Positions 56,806-64,000 of a stretch of 64,000 nt of DNA are shown here, piece by piece. The translations under genes were made by a program, and so were the position numbers. Below the pieces are notes generated by a model. The model saw only the letters and a list, made by a program, of their open reading frames with translations. It did no database searches and was not told the DNA's origin. Position 1 is the first letter of the stretch. Every line of letters begins with the position of its first letter. The DNA lies in IMG/VR virus record IMGVR_UViG_3300046169_000120, positions 1-64,000 of that record. The stretch is one strand, 5' to 3'. The DNA comes from a virus.

Positions 56806-58677
56806 TCAGTTTATAAACATGGGAGTAAAGCTATAATCAATATTCTCTGTTTTTGCATTCATCATATCATAATAAAGTTTAACCATCCAATTGCCAAGTA
56901 CAAGAGCGGAATAACTGTCTTTTCTCGCTTTTTCTGGACCAGTTTGACGTTTCAAACTTGGCGGTAAATCGAAATTTTGAGTACCTCCCGCAGATGTTGT
57001 TATCTGAACAAGGGAGCACTGCGTCTTGATTAGATTCATCATATCAAACTGATGTTCAACAAAGTCGATCATTTTTGCAGCATTTGTTTGACGCTCTAAA
57101 CTTTGCGATGTTCTCAGGAATTTTATATCCTGAATAGGTATTTTTTTGTTGCGTTGCTCATTGTATGCATCATCAATCGCGCGGCTAGCAAAGAATATTC
57201 TGTGATGATCAAAATTCGCCTGCAATAATTCATTTGCTAATCGTATCCATTGACTGGTAGGTTTTCTTAGGTAACAAATAGTTTTATCATCAAGATTATA
57301 CTCTCTTTTCCCTTCAATAAGTTTTTCTTGGTAGTGCTCTAGATCATCAAAGTTTGTGTTTAGACATTGTATATTGATTTTGTTTTTCTTGAACAAACTA
57401 CTTTCATTGCATGCATTGATAAATTGTACGCCTCCATTATAATCGCCGACAATAGAGACAATATTAAAATGAGTTAACAAGTAGTGAAAATAAAATATAT
57501 GTTGTTTTAAATTTGTTCCGCTGAGCGCATAACTATGAACGACAGTTCCATTTTTTTTGTCGTCATTCAACTTGAGTACCATCATTGCAAAGTCATCACT
57601 ACTTTCACTTTCTGCCCAACTAGGGTCAAATGCAAGAATATATTTTGCACCCACTTCACCGCAGACCTCTATAGTTGGATTCTCTCCGTCCTTGAGAGTG
57701 CAGGATGCCATTTTGGATGTTTTAAAGTATCCACTACTATCATCAGTGAATATCGATCCAAACTCTCGATCAAACTGACTCTGACTCATTGTGGATTTCG
57801 CTTGATTTAATAGATTTTGGTCATACAACTGTTTTGGCGCACAATCATAACTAAATTGCATTATTACTCTATGAGCATCACTTTGTTTTTTGCTGCCACT
57901 TCGTATCAAATTTTCAAACTGTTCGTATGCTTTGTACATATACTCAAATTTATAACTTGCAGAAGAAAGTGCTATAAGTTTATTATTTTTCCAGACGTGT
58001 CGATCATCTTCACGCATCTTTCCTTGTTCAATTAGATCAGTTTCTAAATTATACAATGATTCTCGTTGTGTTGGATTTTCTACGACACTCAAGAATGGTA
58101 TAATGACCTCATTATAGATCCGCTCAGGCATTAATGCAAACTCATCAATTATGATTCTATGAAAACGAAAACCACGAAGCTTTTCACCGTCACCAAGTGG
58201 CAATGCACGAATTCTACTACTGCCAATTTCGAGCAGCCACTCGTCATTACTTTTTGATTTGTGCGTGATGCATTGTGAAAGATATGCAGCTCCAGGTTTG
58301 CTGGCAATATCTTCTATTTTTTTGAAGATCATTTTTGCCTGACGAAATGATTTAGAAAGTATTCCAATCTCAACTCCTTGATTTAGTAGTGCATCAAGAT
58401 ACGCATAAATTGCGGTGGTGAATGATTTACTCATACCCCGACTCCACACACCCATGAAGTAATCTGTCTCGAACATAGCCTTGATTGCCATATGTTGAAA
58501 GGGAAACAGTTGTACACCGCTCACCAAGTCAGCAGTGAATGTGATATTTTCTCTTAAAAACTCATACAATAATAATTTAGCTTCCTTTTCTTCAATAAAA
58601 CCTTTAATCTCTCCAAGTTTTTTGTTAAAGTCTTCGTCTCCTCTGCGCGAAAGTTGATTTCCTGTCTCCCAAGCCAT
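56806..58677 (-). CDS. Terminase large subunit
   Basis: LFPFQ, SRGMSKS, LRGFR...IIIDE, FDREF, LAFDP, RKDSYSA. Confidence 0.88.
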   Translation of the reverse strand: MAWETGNQLSRRGDEDFNKKLGEIKGFIEEKEAKLLLYEFLRENITFTADLVSGVQLFPFQHMAIKAMFETDYFMGVWSRGMSKSFTTAIYAYLDALLNQGVEIGILSKSFRQAKMIFKKIEDIASKPGAAYLSQCITHKSKSNDEWLLEIGSSRIRALPLGDGEKLRGFRFHRIIIDEFALMPERIYNEVIIPFLSVVENPTQRESLYNLETDLIEQGKMREDDRHVWKNNKLIALSSASYKFEYMYKAYEQFENLIRSGSKKQSDAHRVIMQFSYDCAPKQLYDQNLLNQAKSTMSQSQFDREFGSIFTDDSSGYFKTSKMASCTLKDGENPTIEVCGEVGAKYILAFDPSWAESESSDDFAMMVLKLNDDKKNGTVVHSYALSGTNLKQHIFYFHYLLTHFNIVSIVGDYNGGVQFINACNESSLFKKNKINIQCLNTNFDDLEHYQEKLIEGKREYNLDDKTICYLRKPTSQWIRLANELLQANFDHHRIFFASRAIDDAYNEQRNKKIPIQDIKFLRTSQSLERQTNAAKMIDFVEHQFDMMNLIKTQCSLVQITTSAGGTQNFDLPPSLKRQTGPEKARKDSYSALVLGNWMVKLYYDMMNAKTENIDYSFTPMFIN

Positions 58678-59594
58678 TATATTAATTTATTGCTGATGTA
58701 ATATTGTAAATCAACATTCCATAATTTCTTACCTAACGTTAAAATTTTTGGAATTAGTTGTTGGGACTGTTCCCTGCCACCTGTAAAAATAAACTGGCAA
58801 TTACCAGAGAAATCGTGCGCTAATACCCTCATGTTGTGATAAATATACTTCATGTTGGATGTGTGTGGCGACCATTTATTACGCTTTTCCATGGTACTCA
58901 TATCTGTTTCTGTTACCACAAAAAGGTAACTGTCAAAATCTTTCGTACGTTGAAGTTCTGCACGAAATCGATCGAGGTTGTTTTTGCTTAGCGTGGACTT
59001 GAAATCCGTTTCGCTTTTTCGATCAACGTATGTATAATCGTAATGATTGCTGCCCACAGCATAGTCTCCAAAGTCTAATTTTAATGATTCTGAACTGTCA
59101 AACTCAAGAGGTTGTTGTTCACGGGTGTCGATAAATATTTTAACATCATCTGGTACAGGGTTTTGCCATTCATCTGGCAAGCGCGTGCTAAACAATGGTT
59201 TTACTCCAACTAAATCACAAGCTTTGCTATATGAGCCAAAATGCTTTTGATATAAATCAACAGTAGGCATTTCGCTCGTTTTTAGCTCTACATGTGATGG
59301 ACCAAACTTCAACTCCTTACGCTTAATTCTTCGATCAAGCAATTCAAGAATATATTCTTTTACTTGTTTATCGGGGGTGCTTTTGCACCAATCCAACAAC
59401 TGTTGTCGGTTAGCGAAATCTCGGTCAAAATATTGTTCTTTATTTTTAAATGGTAAAGGGCTCCCAGTGAGCAAATTATTTCGAGGATAATATTTGGTAT
59501 AATATTCTGCAAGAGTAATTTTGTGAGAGCGTAAATGCATATGTAAACTTTTCTGGCTCTCAAATTGCGCAGAGCATATCTTACACTGATTCAT
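58677..59594 (-). CDS. C2H2 zinc finger + ERCC4/XPF-family nuclease
   Basis: CKIC...HLRSH; IDTREQ, LDFGDY, VDRKSETDF. Confidence 0.8.
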   Translation of the reverse strand: MNQCKICSAQFESQKSLHMHLRSHKITLAEYYTKYYPRNNLLTGSPLPFKNKEQYFDRDFANRQQLLDWCKSTPDKQVKEYILELLDRRIKRKELKFGPSHVELKTSEMPTVDLYQKHFGSYSKACDLVGVKPLFSTRLPDEWQNPVPDDVKIFIDTREQQPLEFDSSESLKLDFGDYAVGSNHYDYTYVDRKSETDFKSTLSKNNLDRFRAELQRTKDFDSYLFVVTETDMSTMEKRNKWSPHTSNMKYIYHNMRVLAHDFSGNCQFIFTGGREQSQQLIPKILTLGKKLWNVDLQYYISNKLI

Positions 59595-59598
59595 TTTT

Positions 59599-60651
59599 CT
59601 AAATTACGTCTTCCTTGGATATACCAAGTACTCTAGCTTTCCAGTCAGGCATAGACTCTAAATGATCAGCTTCTTCTCGTGCAGCTTGCTTTTGAAGTTC
59701 GGCGATTTTTATCATAACTTCACGCTCTTCTTCTTCTTGAAACAATTGAACAAGCGCAAGAATATTAGCATTTTGTTGTTGCTTTGTGTTGATTCTTTTG
59801 GAACGATCACCTTGAAGTTTTTGAATGAGAGATTCCATTCTTTTTTCGCATTGATTGTATTCCTCGCTTTTTGTTTTTAATAGTTCTGCCAATCGAACAG
59901 TTAGATCTTGTTGATCTTCTGCCTCATCAAACATTCTATTCAATTTATTGATTGCGCCCTGTATATTTTTTAAATGTATATAATCCATACATACATTGAT
60001 GTATAAATTAATTTCATCACTTGTTAAATCTGGTTTATCCCAGGTTGCACGCACAAATTCTGCCTCAAATAAATCGCGATCTTCTTGACTGTCATAATTA
60101 TTTATAACTTGTATAAAGCGGGGAGAAGCAAGAAAGCCACCTAACGACTCAATTCCTTTTCTTTCCGCCATACTCAATTTATTTTCATCAATACGAGTTT
60201 GAGCGTAATCATTTATTTTCTTTATGATCTTGCTTGGAGCTTTGGGCGGAGAGTATTTCCTAAAGGTTGCGTCTTCAATCGCAGGAGTTGTTAGGTGTTC
60301 ATTGCTTTCAACATATGCATGAATAGCGACGTATTCTTGGCCAACCTTTGTTATTCTTGCGTCTGGAAATAATATAGCTGCAACTTGACCGCAGGTCATA
60401 CCATCACTAATAGAATTATCAATAAAGTCTTTTTGCTCTTGATTTAAAGCTATTGGGTCTTTGGCTCCAAAATGTCGAGTTTCATAATTTATCTCATTAT
60501 CTGCAAGGAATTTTCTTACAGCTCTTCCCTGCTTGCTACGACCATCAATATCTTGTAATTCTGGAAAAACTAATTTTGTTAATTCTGTCAGGTCATTGAT
60601 ATCTTTAGCGCTTTCGCGGATAATATCTTTCTGTTCTTTAGTTAAATCCAC
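59599..60651 (-). CDS. Helical/coiled-coil protein, possible small terminase or packaging factor
   Basis: Upstream of terL; HTH-like segments and a C-terminal coiled coil. Confidence 0.4.
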   Translation of the reverse strand: MDLTKEQKDIIRESAKDINDLTELTKLVFPELQDIDGRSKQGRAVRKFLADNEINYETRHFGAKDPIALNQEQKDFIDNSISDGMTCGQVAAILFPDARITKVGQEYVAIHAYVESNEHLTTPAIEDATFRKYSPPKAPSKIIKKINDYAQTRIDENKLSMAERKGIESLGGFLASPRFIQVINNYDSQEDRDLFEAEFVRATWDKPDLTSDEINLYINVCMDYIHLKNIQGAINKLNRMFDEAEDQQDLTVRLAELLKTKSEEYNQCEKRMESLIQKLQGDRSKRINTKQQQNANILALVQLFQEEEEREVMIKIAELQKQAAREEADHLESMPDWKARVLGISKEDVI

Positions 60652-61385
60652 GGTAGATCAGTTCTTAGGGATATAACATCCTCTCTGGCCAATATATCTT
60701 GAGCTTTTTGCTTAAACATTTTCTTTAAGTTTTTTATTTGCTTGTAACCTGCTTTCCTGCCCTTTTCACTTGTCTTGTAACCCATTTTTTTAGCAACAAC
60801 CTCTTCATCTAAATGCTCAACAAATAATAATTCATATACTTGATATTGTTTTTCGTTTAACTCTTTTTTCATATGAATGTTTAATTTCTCTTGTGCATCA
60901 AGAATATTAAAATTATAATCTTTCATGGCTCCAACCTCATGAGTATGATTTTCTAGGGCTAGAGCCATTTTGATTCCGTAAGCAGGCTTCTTTGTTCGCT
61001 CCCACTTTGCATATAAGGGGCAAGAGGAGTCTTGTAGGCCGCTTTTGGTAAAGCCACACAAAGAAGCCTCACCTCCATCTTTTGTGGCACAATTTTGATT
61101 AAATGGACAGTTTAAGCAAGGCCTCACAAAGTTGCTGTAATTGTTTCGCAAAATGTTCTTCATCTGATTGGTAATAATTTTATTGATCCACGGCTTTAAG
61201 GATCTTCGTTGATCCCATTGATGCCATTTTTTATGAATGTGAGCTTTTATGATTTGCTCAACATCTTCAAAATCAAACCAAGCAAGAGAATCAAGAAACC
61301 ACTTGCCTCTTCTTTTTTTTATTTCAAGATCAATTTCGTCAGATTTGTCCTCGTAGATGAATTTAGGATTTTCTTGGTCTGCCAC
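60642..61385 (-). CDS. Phage-encoded sigma70-family sigma factor with a Cys-rich insert
   Basis: Region 2-like FEDVEQ...SLKPWINKIITNQMKNILR; region 4-like LNEKQYQVYELLF...EEVVAKKMG; start uncertain (GTG 61385, or 61424). Confidence 0.75.
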   Translation of the reverse strand: MADQENPKFIYEDKSDEIDLEIKKRRGKWFLDSLAWFDFEDVEQIIKAHIHKKWHQWDQRRSLKPWINKIITNQMKNILRNNYSNFVRPCLNCPFNQNCATKDGGEASLCGFTKSGLQDSSCPLYAKWERTKKPAYGIKMALALENHTHEVGAMKDYNFNILDAQEKLNIHMKKELNEKQYQVYELLFVEHLDEEVVAKKMGYKTSEKGRKAGYKQIKNLKKMFKQKAQDILAREDVISLRTDLPWI

Positions 61386-61749
61386 GTCTTTTAGCTTTTT
61401 TTTGAGAAGGTTTGGGTTGATCATTTTTATTAGCAGCTTCTATTTCCTCGAGAGGGAGAATATCCTTGAGACTAAATTTATTTTTGTCTTGTTCGATGCT
61501 GTATGAAAACTTGGTTATATCCGGAACCTCGTATACATCTGTACCATCGGGATCCTCGATCTCTGCGCGTTCAACAGGAGTTCGTCGTTTTTGAGCTCGA
61601 CGGATGGGTGTCGACTTGCTTGCGCTAGTCGAACTCGTTTTAGCCGCAGATAATATGTTTATACCCTCTCCACAACCACCGCAAAATTTCGGGGCTTGAA
61701 TAGAGTACATATTTTTAAAACCACAATGAGGACAATATGAGAAAGCCAT
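61363..61749 (-). CDS. Zinc-ribbon protein
   Basis: YCPHCG...PKFCGGCG, basic C-terminal tail. Confidence 0.7.
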   Translation of the reverse strand: MAFSYCPHCGFKNMYSIQAPKFCGGCGEGINILSAAKTSSTSASKSTPIRRAQKRRTPVERAEIEDPDGTDVYEVPDITKFSYSIEQDKNKFSLKDILPLEEIEAANKNDQPKPSQKKAKRRGRPRKS

Positions 61750-61779
61750 AATATATTTATATTATAGCTTAAAATATAA

Positions 61780-62370
61780 TTATATCAAATAACCGCTAAT
61801 TACGCGTGCTTGTTTTTTTACAAATTCTTCAGCTTCTTCTCCCCATGCGCGATTTTCCTTAACATAATCCAGTACAATCACACCAAGAATACGACCATTT
61901 AATGTTTTAATAGGTCGTGCAAATATACTTTTAACACCCTTTTCCTCAAGAAATGATTTGAGTGTTATATCTTCTGTATATTCTTGTAGATTTTGACATA
62001 TAAATGTTTCCTCCTTGGCAATATTTTTTACTAATCCGTGGAAATTTGATGTTCGAATGTTTTGCAATTTGTGGCATTCTGCACTAATTCCTTCACTAAC
62101 CACCTCATATGTGCAACTCAATTTTTGTTGACTGCGTCCTGAAAAATAATGCTCCCCATTATGAAACTCAAGAACATACACTCGATCAGCTTCAGTTTCC
62201 TGCTGAAGGTATTCAATCGCCGTGATTACATTGTTATGGTGGCCTGGGTCATACTGAAATTGTTTACTCTTTTTTTCGTCATACTTCATCTTGAAATATA
62301 TACCGAATACTGCAGTAGCTGCAGAAACTACGCCTGTTAAAACACTAATTATATCAAGCCCACTATTCAT
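61780..62370 (-). CDS. Membrane protein with a GAF-like domain (T4 holin-like architecture)
   Basis: N-terminal TM helix; ADRVYVLEFHNG, GVKSIFARPI...ILGVIVLDY. Confidence 0.6.
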   Translation of the reverse strand: MNSGLDIISVLTGVVSAATAVFGIYFKMKYDEKKSKQFQYDPGHHNNVITAIEYLQQETEADRVYVLEFHNGEHYFSGRSQQKLSCTYEVVSEGISAECHKLQNIRTSNFHGLVKNIAKEETFICQNLQEYTEDITLKSFLEEKGVKSIFARPIKTLNGRILGVIVLDYVKENRAWGEEAEEFVKKQARVISGYLI

Positions 62371-62594
62371 TTTTTAATTAATTTCGACGAGAGGGTCAAA
62401 AGCATAACCGATCCTATTATAATTGAGAACCATAATAAGGGCCCATAAACATCAAGCTTTTGCAATTCATCACTAATATATGATACATTATTTTCTTGCA
62501 GAGGAGAAGCTTTTTCCGCTATTTCTTGCGGTTTCTGTATGATTTTTTTTACGCAACCACTAAATAATAAAAAAAATAAATATATATACTTCAT
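62367..62594 (-). CDS. Small putative lipoprotein with a C-terminal TM helix
   Basis: Lipobox-like LFSGC; hydrophobic C-terminus. Confidence 0.55.
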   Translation of the reverse strand: MKYIYLFFLLFSGCVKKIIQKPQEIAEKASPLQENNVSYISDELQKLDVYGPLLWFSIIIGSVMLLTLSSKLIKK

Positions 62595-63025
62595 CTGCGT
62601 TTACTTGGTATCGCATAAAATCCAACAACCATAAAACACAAATCCATAAAACTTGCCAACATTAACCCTCCAGTCATTTTGATCATCTCCCAATCTTTAC
62701 CTCCAAACAACCAACTAGCAAAACCCAATCGACCACCATCTCCTTTGGGCACGATAAGGCTGTATTCTATTTGTGGATTCATTGCATAATAGATCATCAA
62801 AAAACACATAGTGAAAGTGATGCTCATAAATAATATTCTACGTGTCACTTTAACAAAAGGATCACTGCTATTTTTTTCTTGACTGTCGATCAATGCTTTT
62901 AACATTGTTTCGTCTCTTGCCGCGAGCGCCAATTGATCTTGACGTTTTTGCTCAAGCCATGCATTCAATAAATTACAACCGAGCTTTATTCCGGCACCTA
63001 TGATAGTGTTTAATATTGGTCCCAT
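62591..63025 (-). CDS. Membrane protein, holin-like
   Basis: FVKVTRR followed by two hydrophobic segments and a basic C-terminus; GTGTA-N9. Confidence 0.5.
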   Translation of the reverse strand: MGPILNTIIGAGIKLGCNLLNAWLEQKRQDQLALAARDETMLKALIDSQEKNSSDPFVKVTRRILFMSITFTMCFLMIYYAMNPQIEYSLIVPKGDGGRLGFASWLFGGKDWEMIKMTGGLMLASFMDLCFMVVGFYAIPSKRR

Positions 63026-63061
63026 GATATTTTATACACTTTGTTTAGTGTAATATATAAT

Positions 63062-63673
63062 ATGAATAAATATGCTTACTATAAATTGCTGCTGGTTTTA
63101 GGAATATTCACTGTTAGTGTTTGGATATTAACATCTTGCCTAAAAACAGATCTAAGTCAAATCAAAAATATACCCACTCAAAAGGAATATAAATCGAAAA
63201 TAATATATCATAAAGATTTAGGATATTATTTTAATCGACAAAAAAGTTTTAATAGTGTTCAAACACAAGTTCCAACAGACATTCAAATGTTGATGCTTGA
63301 CTCAAAATATCAACCATTAGATTACTTTTTTTGGAGAAAATTTAATAGTTGGTTTAAAGACTTAAAGTTTCAAAATGGAATCATGGCGGGCGTAGACAAT
63401 AGCGAAGCTTGGGATTGCGATAACTTTGCTATGCTTTACAAATCACTTGCCAGTATATCCGCCTACAAAGGTAATGGAAATGTAGACAGCGCAGTCGGAC
63501 TTGTGACTGTTTTACAAATCAATGAATTTGGAGGTGTTCCTGCTGGAGGTCTGCACATGTTAAACATTGTATTCACTTCAAAAAATTGGTATATATTTGA
63601 ACCGCAAACAGGAGAATTCATAGAATTGCACAAATATCCAAATCAAAAGTACATACAATACATTATAATGTAA
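63062..63673 (+). CDS. Putative lipoprotein with a papain-like Cys-His-Glu domain (MOA-lectin C-terminal/transglutaminase-like)
   Basis: LTSC lipobox-like; WDCDNFA, HMLN, IFEPQT; start ATG 63062. Confidence 0.7.
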   Translation: MNKYAYYKLLLVLGIFTVSVWILTSCLKTDLSQIKNIPTQKEYKSKIIYHKDLGYYFNRQKSFNSVQTQVPTDIQMLMLDSKYQPLDYFFWRKFNSWFKDLKFQNGIMAGVDNSEAWDCDNFAMLYKSLASISAYKGNGNVDSAVGLVTVLQINEFGGVPAGGLHMLNIVFTSKNWYIFEPQTGEFIELHKYPNQKYIQYIIM

Positions 63674-63703
63674 AAAATGTAAAGAATGTGTAATATACAT
63701 CAT

Positions 63704-63895
63704 ATGTCACAACGAAACATCCTAGAAACACTTAGTAAAAATCTAAACTCTTATCAGTCAACATGTTGGCTAAAAACAGAAAACGCAAAATTAAATGGCG
63801 CGACTCCTGCAGAATTGATGATGGAAAATAAACTTGACAAAGTGTCAAAAATATTGCCCGACGAAATTAAAAGAATAAAAAGTAAAAAAAACTAA
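63704..63895 (+). CDS. Stand-alone Xre/MbcA/ParS antitoxin C-terminal-like domain
   Basis: WLKTENAKLNGATPAELM matches WL..pn..L.G.tP.ell; start ATG 63704. Confidence 0.65.
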   Translation: MSQRNILETLSKNLNSYQSTCWLKTENAKLNGATPAELMMENKLDKVSKILPDEIKRIKSKKN

Positions 63896-63909
63896 TTTTT
63901 TCTTACAGG

Positions 63910-64000
63910 TTACGGTCTGAGTGCTCCCTGGATAGTCGCAGTGAATTTCATTTGATTCGCAGCTAAAAATGAGCCTACAGAAGTAGGGTTGTCGCTGCTA
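63910..64000 (-). CDS. 3' end of a gene entering from beyond the window
   Basis: ...SSDNPTSVGSFLAANQMKFTATIQGALRP-stop(TAA). Confidence 0.5.
   Translation of the reverse strand, partial: SSDNPTSVGSFLAANQMKFTATIQGALRP

Noticed and set aside
42271-58677. Inteins or introns in nrdA, dnaE or terL
   Set aside because: Lengths are normal, and no intein splice motifs or interrupted frames were seen
1-64000. Stop-codon reassignment
   Set aside because: Coding density is high in the standard code, and TAA, TGA and TAG all end genes at sensible boundaries

Overview
64 kb internal segment of a large, AT-rich, tailed dsDNA phage genome in the standard genetic code. No integrase, rRNA, tRNA or CRISPR array was recognised. 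It contains: (i) a head/packaging module (large terminase, prohead protease-scaffold, decoration protein, major capsid protein) with the portal gene about 38 kb away; (ii) a replication set (RecA, DnaB, a frameshift-split DnaG primase, a PD-(D/E)XK nuclease, Nudix, DnaE split into PHP, exonuclease and polymerase genes with a SET-domain gene inserted, and a class I ribonucleotide reductase whose R2 looks class Ic); (iii) two large glycosylation clusters, one with gmd/fcl and LicD; (iv) fibre/adhesin genes (TSP3-like repeats plus FGE domain, an 18-residue coiled-coil fibre, three LamG proteins each next to a small paralogous partner); (v) chaperones (J-domain, Hsp20, ClpC-like), a putative porin and a membrane-anchored subtilase. 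The strongest unexplained signal is regulatory. A GTGTA motif sits 9-14 nt before the start codon of about 17 mostly virion/late genes that lack a Shine-Dalgarno sequence, next to near-consensus sigma70 promoters on replication genes, one sigma54-type site and a phage sigma factor with a Cys-rich insert. All family calls come from motif recognition by eye, not database searches.
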